This document shows positions 25,101 to 35,200 of a stretch of 64,000 nucleotides of DNA, piece after piece. The stretch lies in contig NC_135251.1 in NCBI RefSeq assembly GCF_964204865.1, forward strand, positions 18,848,001 through 18,912,000, read 5' to 3'. Numbering within the stretch: the stretch's first letter is position 1; each line of letters opens with the position of its first letter. This stretch comes from Styela clava (lineage: Eukaryota). The notes under the pieces are model-generated. The model saw nothing but the letters and a program-made list of their open reading frames with translations. It was not told the origin of the DNA and did not search any database. The position numbers and the translations under genes are program-made.

Positions 25101-26868
25101 ACTGTGTTGTATGCTGACGTCAATAACTGTAGGACTATGGTCAGGTGTATTTGACGTTCCGAGTATTATTTTGACACTAAACATATCTGACACAAGACGA
25201 CATCTTGTTTCTGGACTTGAAGAAGCAGGAAGTTCAAAGCGAAAACTGAACAAAAATAATTGACAATATTACAAAATAAGAAAACACAATTGGCAATATG
25301 GACATAAAGACATCTGGATTGTTTTTAGTAAAACTAAGCAAACAGCATGAAACAGAGGCAAACAGTATGTGTAAAACTTACGGGTTGATTTCATTTACTA
25401 CCATGTATTTTGTTTACCAACTTGATATCAAAAATATTCAAAAAACCTTTGCTTATACAGTTAAAACATTCTGTGACACAAACAGCAATAGTTCATATTT
25501 TATAGGACAGGATCCACATATTTATCCCGGTGGCGAGAACAGACAAATTAATCATATGGCGAACCGTGACCTATTACCCGTCCATGTCGGGTATGGAATT
25601 AGTTGCCAGTAATTTGTTTTCCCATAAATGGATTTAACTTATATGCAACAAAATTGTAATAAAATCTTACCCGTTAGTTCTTGATACAGATCTTAATCTT
25701 TCAATAATATCTCGTAATGTACGAATATTACTCATATTCATTAAAACTTTGTCTACGCAAGAACGCAATACATTGCATGATCTCTGCTCAGTCGATATCT
25801 AAATGAATGAAATAGTGTAATGTTATATGATAAATAATGTTGATAATTGATAATATTCTCTGAGGACGAATGAGAAGCCTAGAGACCCACAAAATGTATA
25901 TCCTCAGTCTGATGGTGAAAGATGATATAAAATAATCTGCATACAGTGTGATGCAGAACCCAAAGTCCTAATTATTTAATTTATTATTTGTAAATGAAGA
26001 AAATTTATTTAATAAGACTTGACTTCTGTTTGTGTATGATTGTAGCCAAAAGTTCCAGGAATCTTAAAACATTGCACAATATTTATGTTAGAACATGTTC
26101 CATATGACCTGGTTTCTGTATTCTGGAGTTCACCCTGTACAAATAACAAGGCACATAACGACTTATCATGCAGTTTCCCCTGTGAATGAATGATATGATA
26201 TATATTTTAGAATTCCTCTTGTTATTTCACTTATCCATAATTTCATAATCAGTAGGGCACAATTCTCTGATTTCAAGAACAGTCCCCGGATTAAAAGACA
26301 TCAATCATAAAACCGAGTGCAAACCCCTTCTTTATGAGACAGTCTATGCCTCCAAATTGAATCAGAATGAAAAACTAGCATTGCACAGTAAACTAAAAGA
26401 AAGTGCGATCTAAAAACATTAACAATGGATTCCTCAAAAACAAATCTAATTTATCAAAGTTAAAAACTTTTACCGAAACACTCCACAGAGTTTTTAGCAA
26501 AGAACTGAAATTTTGATCATATGATATCCGACACATGTTACGATTGATTCAAATTAATACCGAGACAAGTTTGGTACGATCTGCCGCCATGCCAGACGCA
26601 CTCGTTTCAAAGACAAATTAAGTGTTTGTTACATGTCGGACATCTTGGAATCGGATAAGTGTGCCTGACTGATAGTGCAGTAAAGTAACAGAATCATCAT
26701 AAATATCAACTATGGTAAAACACAGAAGAAAACAACCTTAGATCTTACCACATGCAATAAGTTGACAACTTCACCAATGCTTTTTACACGAGGAGGATTT
26801 CTCCTCAAATACTCCATTAGTGCTTCACTATCTTGTTTTTTTTTATTATTCTGTGTAACTGCTTCCAT
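1183..26868 (-). CDS. MED1: Mediator of RNA polymerase II transcription subunit 1 (34 coding exons, about 1760 aa)
   Basis: Exons (minus): 26868-26749, 25798-25671, 25245-25060, 24391-24245, 23693-23530, 22825-22714, 22449-22325, 21972-21893, 20512-20335, 19393-19289, 18557-18425, 17703-17390, 16829-16717, 16069-15728, 15457-15352, 14969-14884, 14813-14756, 14334-14205, 13546-13465, 12794-12744, 12480-12326, 12166-12072, 11307-11197, 10406-10246, 9432-9312, 7717-7565, 7036-6839, 6243-6154, 5911-5747, 4774-4367, 3816-3589, 2744-2508, 2371-2184, 1395-1183. All introns are GT-AG with matching phases; total 5283 nt. Med1-domain peptides match vertebrate MED1 as I recall it: VSDMFSV, TKVYMSLQSLETDL, GVLTPRLAG, ACFVLHLKPPVPV, KGSLVNKVYFTHPGHVPAIL, LCTDEFVAKVLSKCSSLPITMR. 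Also present are NR boxes NPMLTQLL and HPMLMGLLKD, RKNSIEDIVTKL and the C-terminal DDELMNQAV. Confidence 0.95.
5185..5479 (+). mobile_element. Internally deleted hAT-Charlie/SPIN-type transposon with transposase N-terminal fragment
   Basis: FLDKWQCSYF...ICLLCQRSIPILKEYNIKRHYESNKH resembles the zinc-finger N-terminus of GTF2IRD2/SPIN-type transposases. It is followed by GGCCCGCG motifs and the terminus TTTGGGAACCCCTG. Confidence 0.8.
7152..7366. mobile_element. Merlin-like MITE (same family as 12941-13176)
   Basis: GGTACTCCTGTAGT start, CACTTCTGGAGCGCA end, 8-bp TSD GAACCTTA. Confidence 0.8.
8078..8234. mobile_element. hAT (Charlie/Buster-like) MITE, 157 bp
   Basis: TIRs CAGGGGTGGCCAAC / GTTGGCCATACCTG; 8-bp TSD ATCTAGAG at 8070-8077 and 8235-8242. 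Confidence 0.85.
11491..11561. repeat. 28-bp minisatellite, about 2.5 copies
   Basis: ATAATTGATAAATTTTATTGATTTGTTT repeated. Confidence 0.85.
12941..13176. mobile_element. Palindromic Merlin-like MITE, full length
   Basis: Long imperfect TIRs starting GGTAC and containing AAGATGGCGG and TTAGGGTTAGG; perfect 8-bp TSD GACAAATT. Confidence 0.85.
13865..14178 (+). mobile_element. SINE family A copy
   Basis: Aligns by eye with 31767-32114 along its length. Confidence 0.8.
24660..24945. mobile_element. hAT MITE with degenerate right end
   Basis: CAGGGGTGTGCAAAC start, repeated GCGGCCC motifs, GTTGCACA right-end remnant. Confidence 0.7.
25503..25622 (-). mobile_element. SINE family A 3' fragment
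   Basis: Reverse complement of CCCATACCCGACATGG...GGTTCGCCATATG...CGGGATAAATATG. Confidence 0.7.
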
Positions 26869-27672
26869 ATTAGGTTTTTATCTGTCGTATCTGCTGGATA
26901 ATCAATGCTACTACATAACAAATAGAGGAATACTCTATACTGCTATATTGAATTTTTGGAAAAATATTTCAAAACACCATTTTAACTTTTTTTTAGTATC
27001 TACCGTACATTTCTATATCTAATTTGAGATTCCCTGATAAAAACAGAAATGAAATGTTACCGTATGACATGTATATTAAAATTTAAGGAATACTGAAATA
27101 TGGCATACCTAGCTAATTATGGCGATGTATTCCAAAACTATTCAACCCATAAATGTAATACATTTTGACATTTGCCACAAACAGACATTCCCAAACAGAA
27201 ACTATTTAAAAGTTGCAGCCAGCCACAATGTATTTTTGTTAGAAATGTTGATAAAGATAGGCTACCGGTATTCGATTAATTTTTTTTGGATTTGGCCTAG
27301 ATATTTTTTTGCCTATATTAACATTACCGTATTGCATTACGGTACCGGTACTGTACATGCCAAGAGGCTAATGTCTGCTAACCTAACCAAAATAGTTTGA
27401 AGTCCAATGTCAAGCGCTACGGCAGCTATGAGTATTCAATTAACAAACTGTTACGGTACCGGTGCGGTACATTGCACCAGGATAAAAAATGGCAACAAGG
27501 ACTGCGCAATGCGCTGGCTGCCGTATCGGTCGTCTTCTACGCCATTATCGTAAATACTCGGAAAAGCAGGGATACGAGTATGGTACCGCTAAGAATGATT
27601 TAGGCTTCATATACAGTATATTACTAGGCAAATCGCGCATGTCGATATCGCGGGTTTCGACCATTTCCTTAC

Positions 27673-27912
27673 CTCTGCAGTTCGTTTCAGCACCGTCAAA
27701 TTATAAAATAAACAATTAATGTTGAAATATATAATGTATGTATTTGTGGTTGTAAACATTGCCTATTTTTGGTAGTTTTGCGTGGCGTGTTATTTGTCAG
27801 TTTTTAGTTGTGTTTTCAGAAAGTGTCTTCCGAGGACAAGATTAGTCGCAATGATCAAAAATTGATACCGCAAACGCTGCAATAGACTAGCCCAAAAATA
27901 GTGTCAGTACCT
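27673..27912. promoter_or_regulatory. Candidate bidirectional promoter with non-coding first exons of MED1 (-) and a plus-strand transcript
   Basis: Minus-strand donor GAG|GTAAGG at 27673/27672 and plus-strand donor CCT|GTAAGC near 27912 face away from each other. The region is locally CpG-rich compared with the gene bodies. Confidence 0.45.
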
Positions 27913-29098
27913 GTAAGCGGTACATGATTTATTGTTTTTAAATAAAAATGATAGTTTTGAACATGTGAGCTAGTTTATAAGTGCCAACTCTTTTCAAAAC
28001 ACTCTTAAAATCAGCGTTGGAAATTTTGCAATGATAAAGTATAGGGAGAATCTTCCAGGGGCGAGGGTAGAGGCAAAGTCCATTTGTTTATGCAGCCCAT
28101 GCAACTGAAAATTACCTGGCTAACTATTCCAAATACCTTCAACGGTCGAATAGAAAAGAAGACGCGGCTCGTCATATGGTCTAACTGTTTTATCATCTTT
28201 CATCTTCCCCGGGATATATGGGAAAATACCAGGATTTAGACTACGTATTCAATAAACTCACCAAAACAAATTTTGACCGTAACAAGGCTATGAGATGCCA
28301 TAGCAGTGCTCGTAGGTCCCTTCTCTAAATACGTCCAGTTCCTTAAAAAGTCATTGCCATTCCTCTTCAAATACTTGTTTTAATATAAGTATGTAAATGA
28401 GATTACGTTTTATCTTTGCACACTTGTAACGCATGCAAAGCCTTTCGATATACATATTTAATTCGATACATATTGGACGATATCGTCATTTAACTTATTT
28501 TTCATAAATATTTTTTTGTTCTTCTAAACTTCCTATTTTGTTCTTCCAAAAGAGTGCTTTGAGCGCCAGCTCTTATCAATATCTTGTACGATAATAGATA
28601 TTTCCACTTGTCAAAGTAGTTTTTAAACAGATAGATTTACATACAATAAAAAGCCATGTCTATTTTTTTGGTACAGACTGGAAGAAGCGATACGACCCTG
28701 CTTTTATTCTAGGAGCACTTGCAAAAATTCAGCCGTAGTACGGTAATATCGGGTGATGGAGATTGCACCAATCGAACATCTTAACATCATACATGTTGCT
28801 AGTTAGCAGCGGAGATGGACAATCTATTTTTGAATGCTCTGCTCTGTAGGAGGGTATTAGGCTGCCACACGGACAGGGAGTTTCATTTTTGAGGCAACTA
28901 GACAAGTGTACTGCCAGCCAAGTGCATATGCTTTATGTGGAGACTTGCTTTGGCTACCCTGTATAAGAAATGCTGGTTATTAGATTTAGAGTATAAGGTT
29001 TTGATAACAAAGTATGCCTCATAAAGTAGATATCAAATCTTTTCTGCTTGATCCGAACTATAAGCTGTGCTGATACTACTTTTCACAACCGATTAGAG

Positions 29099-30011
29099 CA
29101 GGGTGGTCCAAGGTTGTCGACCCTCGCGGGCCACACTATTATTTTTGTATTGTTCGTGTTTTTGTATAGCGCCAAAAATATGTAAACAGTGCAATACAAA
29201 ACTAACAAACACTTTTATTGTCAAATACATTGATCATTGTTTGAAATTTCTTTAGGCTAAAGCATGCAAAAATCACAAAAAAAAACTCACTAAAACGTGC
29301 AAAAATCTTACAATATCTACATCTAGTGTAAGATTTCAAATTTTTCATAACGGAGAAAATGCCGTATTAGATTGTCACCGACACAACTTGCGGGCATATC
29401 AAGCAAGCATTGTGGTATTTTCCCTCCCACACCCGGTTAAAAATATGTTTGAATTGGTGAGCTTTATTTTTAAACTCATGTTTACAAAATAACTTACACG
29501 TAACTGCAGATTGATTGATTGACTAATTTTACCAAATTTAAGATGCAGGAGGGTAATTACTGAATTTTCTGACATATAGGTAGCATTTTTTGTAATACTG
29601 TTTGGGCTGGTTACAAAAAGCCACCCGGTGGGAATTGTATTGTTCGGCAATAACATTAATATTTAGTAATCAGGCATAGCCAACCTAGGCTAATAGATTC
29701 CACATTCGATATTCAGTTTTCTATGAAGCTTATTTTGTTAGCATATATTCCCGACCAAAAAGATGAAAAGTCAGATAAAAATTTAGACTGCCAAGCACAT
29801 CATTCAACTTTGCTAGTTGCCTCAGCTAGCCAAAACACTAGTCAACTCAGTGAAATTAGTGATGTAACAATATGTCAAAAGATTTTTCTGGTTATTTTTA
29901 TGACGAAACAACACCAAATGCGATTTTTTGTTTACCTTCGCGCAAATGCGACGCGGGCGACAGATAATGAAGCGGCGGGCCAGATGTGGCCCGCGGGCCT
30001 GGACCACCCTG
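29099..30011. mobile_element. hAT (Charlie/Buster-like) non-autonomous element, 913 bp
   Basis: TIRs CAGGGTGGTCCA / TGGACCACCCTG; GCGGGCC subterminal motifs; perfect 8-bp TSD GATTAGAG; an extra hAT-like end CAGGCATAGCCAAC lies inside near 29670. Confidence 0.9.
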
Positions 30012-30699
30012 GATTAGAGAATGTAGTAGCCTATCCCGTCGTGTTTTCTCACTATTCCATAATACAAGATGAGATTGGCCTTGTCTTCCTTTTATGTCTA
30101 ATGTTTTAAACTTCATTTAATATTTTAAAAACTTTCCTGGGTTTCCGTCCCGTATTTTAACACGCTTTATCTTGAACTACTCCGAAAGCTGCCGCTGTGG
30201 TACGATTCTTAAATAGGGCCGAATATTAGAAACAAATCTCTAGTGTTGGGAATCATTTTTCTGAATATGGTTTTCGAAAACAGTATTCAATTTCATTCTT
30301 AGTAATACCGGTATCTACTGATAAAATATGTTCACACAAAGTACAGTACATACGTCGTGACATATCGTGCAACATTGTGACTTTGCACCTGCATCGTGCT
30401 GTTTAGCGATACTAAATTCGATTTTGCGTTCCAGCTTGATGCTTCTGTGTTTCCCCGAGAACAAGACCGGTAGGTAATCTGCATAAGTCACACAAACATA
30501 GATGGCTACAAAATGTGGATATGAAGTGTTTTCTGATTAGTGATATAAACATATGCCTGACTAATGGGATTCCTTTGTCATTTATGTGCTAATATCGGTG
30601 ATGACTGCAAAAAGTGAAAGGTGTTTTATGGGCCATTTTTGCATATCGTACATTATCAGCCCTTATCAATCAATGTCCCAGGGTGTTTTTCTCTTGGCA

Positions 30700-31200
30700 A
30701 ATTTGCTTATCGCTGAGTAGGGATGGCTGGCTGTCGTCGAGATAAAGCTATTTTTTCCTTTCGTCGTCGCAGACCATTTTGCGTGCGCAGCATATATTGT
30801 GAATCTGATTGGCTAAATGAATCCCGACACGCTTGAATGTTCTCTCGTTTCGTCTGTGTTTTCACTTTTGGCGGACCCCACTATCCTGTCCGATAAGATT
30901 TGCTCATCCAATTATCGCTTTTAAGTTACAAGCGATATCGGAAAAGAAACTGCAGTGTGGTGAATCAGGAAGACTGATAAAAAGGGGCCGGATTATCCAG
31001 GTCGCAGTGTCACGCAGGAGCCGTTGGCTGCCCTCACAGGTTAGTAGAAACTTCGCCACATGCGTAAGAGACAGACTTGCAGAGTAGCAGAGCGAGTCGA
31101 CCTGTCGGTCATCGCTCGGTGCCTCTTGTTTTGTTTGTTTCTGACCATATCTTAACAATTTGTGAATGGGCCTGATTGCCGGCAATGTACCGGTAACGTG
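30700..31200 (+). promoter_or_regulatory. CpG-rich candidate promoter / 5' UTR exon of the zinc-finger gene
   Basis: Raised GC and CpG, inverted CCAAT box (CTGATTGGCT, about 30805-30814), donor CCG|GTAACG near 31191, acceptor TTTCAG| at 32216 just before the ATG. Confidence 0.4.
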
Positions 31201-31766
31201 TTTTACAGCAAACAAAAAACTAATGACAAGCTTTTATTTTGTATTTCGCATATTCCAGAATTCAGGAATTGAGTGTCTCGCCATTGAACTGCCCTCGTTT
31301 GTTCAAAAAAAATTGAAATGCGCGATCAAATCCATTAAATAACAAATTTCGTCCTACTTTAGTACGGTACCGGTACTTCTGTATTTGTGGTGTCACAATG
31401 TACAGATGTACCGTACGATACTGAGGTAGGTATCCCTTATCTGCAAGTTATTACACTGCAATGGCATCTGAACATGCAGACGTGAGCCTATGGCAGTACT
31501 GCAGTATGGTGATGTGTGGAGATGGGTTGGTAGGGTAGACTACGGTAGCATGAAAATTACATTATGGGTAACAAATTACGGAATTTGGCCTGGAAAAATT
31601 AAGGTACGGTATGCTGACAAGTCTGCAAGTGTTTGTAAATCTCTATGTCTGTATGTTGGTACAATAAAGGTTAACGTTAAGCCAGTTAGACCTATACTGA
31701 TATATGTAACGTTAGATATAACTTTACTGGATATAGGAGTTATAAGTTATTGTTGTAGCCTACTTA

Positions 31767-32114
31767 GGCGAGGCGGTGTGGCTCATCGTGCTAAGCATTA
31801 GGAATCTGGGAACACGCTCGCCATCGCACCTATGATTACTCAGCACTGGTTCGCAAGTTCGACTCCCATGCAGGGATGGCAGGATGGTTATGTGCGAGGG
31901 GGTTGCTTGACTCCTTGCCGCTGTAGGGTGGTTCAAGTAACCGCTGGTCAGTTACGGCTACCTCCATCAATTCCATGCTTCTGAAAACGAATAACTAACG
32001 AATCCCATACCCGACATGGAATGGTAACCGGACGAGACGCAGTGGTTCGCCATATGGTTAAGCCGTCTTATCGCCTTTCCTCTCCCCCGGGATAAATATG
32101 TAAATCCTATCCTA
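31767..32114 (+). mobile_element. tRNA-derived SINE, family A (near full length)
   Basis: A-box-like TGGCTCATCGTGC, B-box-like AGTTCGACTCC, shared body (GGTTCGCCATATGGTTAAGCCG) and ATCCT tail. Confidence 0.85.
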
Positions 32115-32221
32115 CATGAATAAACTGGCACAATGGAATTTATAGTAAAGAGCTGTAAGAGACTGAAAATGATATATATATATATAACTGACATCTGTAC
32201 TGTGAATATTTTTCAGGCATC

Positions 32222-35200
32222 ATGAAGTGCGATTCTTGCTCGCTAGTTCTTCCAACTGCTATAAAGTTGTTTGAACACATACAGCAATCATGTTTACTTT
32301 TCTACAAAAGTCATCCAGCCAGTTGGGCAAAAATTTTGTCATCACTTGATTCTGATGAAAGCACTAGCACTGAATCCAAAGCAGTTGCAGGTAAGCAGAG
32401 TTCAATTTATGTCTTGCAATATCAGTAGGTAGTAGTAGTAGTTCTTCGATAACAAGATCTCCTTACTGATTCAATGAAATAAACACAATTCGACACAAAA
32501 AATGTGTGCATCTGGCGGCCGGCACATGACCAAACTTCTCTCCCATCCCCATTCTTTGCTAAAGACTCATTAAATGCTACGGAGAAAATTTTTTCCTTCG
32601 ATAAATCGAATTATATTTCTCAAAGGAATCCAATGGTCACGTTTTTTCTAATGACTTATTACAAAGTATCTATGGCCAATGGCATATTTAAAAAGCAGCT
32701 GGTCCATTTTAAACCATCCTTGAAGCCTTCCCTGACCTTGAAAGCTTTCAATTCCTTCTTCGCATTTCCATAGCCCAGATGAACTTCTAAAGGCGTTTGT
32801 CGTAGAGCATTGTATGCACACAAATTGTTTATTATTTGATTGTAAAGTCGGGAATGCCTATTGGCTTACTAGATTGCACTTTTTTTAGAATGTTATCTCT
32901 TGGCCAAAATTTCTGTTTAATTATAGTTCCTCATCGTCTATTGGCTTACTAGATTGCACTTTTTCAGAATGTTACCTCTTGGCTAAAATTTCTGTTTAAT
33001 TATAGTTCCTCATCCTCCACAAATGGATGCCACATCAACTACTAAATCCAGCTCACCATCACCTTCAAGTTCATCGACAAATAGTACTGGAACTCCCAAT
33101 TCTATTCAGAAAAAAACTAAATGTAAGTTTCTTGTTACAGCTACATATCAATATTTAATTTAAAAATTCAACATATTTAGTTTGCACACAATTGCCATAT
33201 ATATTTCATTTATTATTCATTTCTCATATTTATGAAATCTTTAGTACCTCAAACTCACAGCAGTAAGATGGTGATGTTGCATGCTCCAAAAACTGTGAAC
33301 ACCATTGATATACCATACATTTGTAAGTGTGAAACTTCATTCAAATCGCTGGAACAATTTCGCGAGCATTTGAAAGGTAGGTTATGATTGCTGAAATTAA
33401 GGTAGTGATATTACACTTCATATTTAGTATCTGAATTCTGTTTTTTTTTTTAGTATGTACACTTGGAAAAGAACCTCCGTTCTGTATAATGTTTAAGGGG
33501 CAAGATAATGAAATGCTAAGGCCACTGAAAAATGTGCACATGACAGTTTCCGATTACTTCTATGGCATTGTGGATGAAAAAACGTAAGTTAAATGAACTT
33601 TGAAATGTCAAATCATTGAATCAACACAAATGGTATCACTGTCTAGTTTCCTATTTTACTTACTTTTACACTTGCATTCAAATCTTATCAAGGTTATTTG
33701 ATCCACAGGGTGAAACTTAAAACAGTTAATCGTCGATGCAATTGCTATAGCTGTGGAAAGACATTGCGTAACAACATCAGGTATATACTTTTCTGTTTTA
33801 TATTCCAAAATTTAAACAAAAGTATTGGCGTTTCATGATCGTTAATAAAAATTCATTCAATTTCACTGGTCGCTTTGCTTAGTATTTTTCAGTCATGTTT
33901 AAACTTTATTTATGTCAAAACGGGAGCTTGAAAATCCGCCTACATTCTTTTTATTCATCCTGTTTTCGCAGCATTGGATTAAATTTTTTATATAACTTGA
34001 ACACATTGTTATGAAAGCTATGAAAAATTTAGTCATTAGTAATTGTACCATAATTCACGTCAACTTCCATTCATTGAAATGGATAAAGCCGACACCAGAT
34101 GTCATCAGTTAAACAAGATATTACCAATTTTCACTTATTTACTTAATGCTTTTTTACTAATTATTCAAATTACTTGAAATTACTTTAGATTTATGAGCCA
34201 TCTTCGACATAAAATTATCAATGAATGGGAAAAGAAATCTCCGGCATCTGATATAGTTGTTTGTCAGCATTGTTACAGGCATTACGACTCACCTTTTCAA
34301 TTGCAATGTCATGTTGAAAATGTTCATGGATCTCTTCCAGCTGCATGTTAGTTTTTTTCCATCTTGGTTGCTATGGTTGGTACTGGCCTCGTAAATATTA
34401 TGTGAAGGTAATTCAAGCTGGCCAATGTTGTCTCAGTAAATTGTCTACAGACTCTTAGCAATCTGGATATATGGCTGCCATTCCAGCTTGTAAAATTGAT
34501 GATCTATGCTCACTCATTTGAGTAAAATATATTTAAATTAGGAATGCAATATTTTGTGTCTCAAATGTGCACCTTATTGAGTACATACAATGTACTACTT
34601 GCACCACATGCTCCATTTTTCCCACTTGTACCTAAAACATTTGCCCTACTTACACCATTATCATCATTTGCACTACTTGAAACATACTGTACCATAGACC
34701 CTGTACTGTTTCATCACTTGCTCAATATAGCACTCGCACCACATACAGATAAACCGTGTGTTGTAAGTTGTACAGGGACACGATTACAGAGTAGTGCAAG
34801 CGTGGCGAGTGGTGAGTGTTTCGAGATGTATAAATGGTGCAATCGCATTGCAAATGGGAAAACTGACCCTAGTGGTGCAATGGATGCAGATGCTAAGCTG
34901 GAGGTGGTGAATTTGGTACAAATGGTGCTGTTTACTAGCACTTGAGTCACACTGATAAACTATATAATTTATTTCTTATCTCTTTATCAGATGTTTATTT
35001 CGAATCTGCACTATACCATACTGTGACATAGATCGGCCTTCAGAGTTTCTTCTAATGTTTAACGAACGTCTACACATAATACTCAATCAAACATGTATCT
35101 TTTTATAGGTTCATGCAGAATCTGTGAACTTCACTTTGTATCAGAAAGGACATTCCTTTTTCATATGAAAGATAAACATGTTCACAACGAATTGCCATAT

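Noticed and set aside
26111-26136. 26-nt exon-like segment in the first coding intron of MED1
   Set aside because: Inclusion, alone or with a 31-nt segment at 26504-26474, introduces a stop; the donor is weak.
31767-31870. tRNA gene suggested by A and B boxes
   Set aside because: There is no cloverleaf; it is the head of a multicopy SINE.
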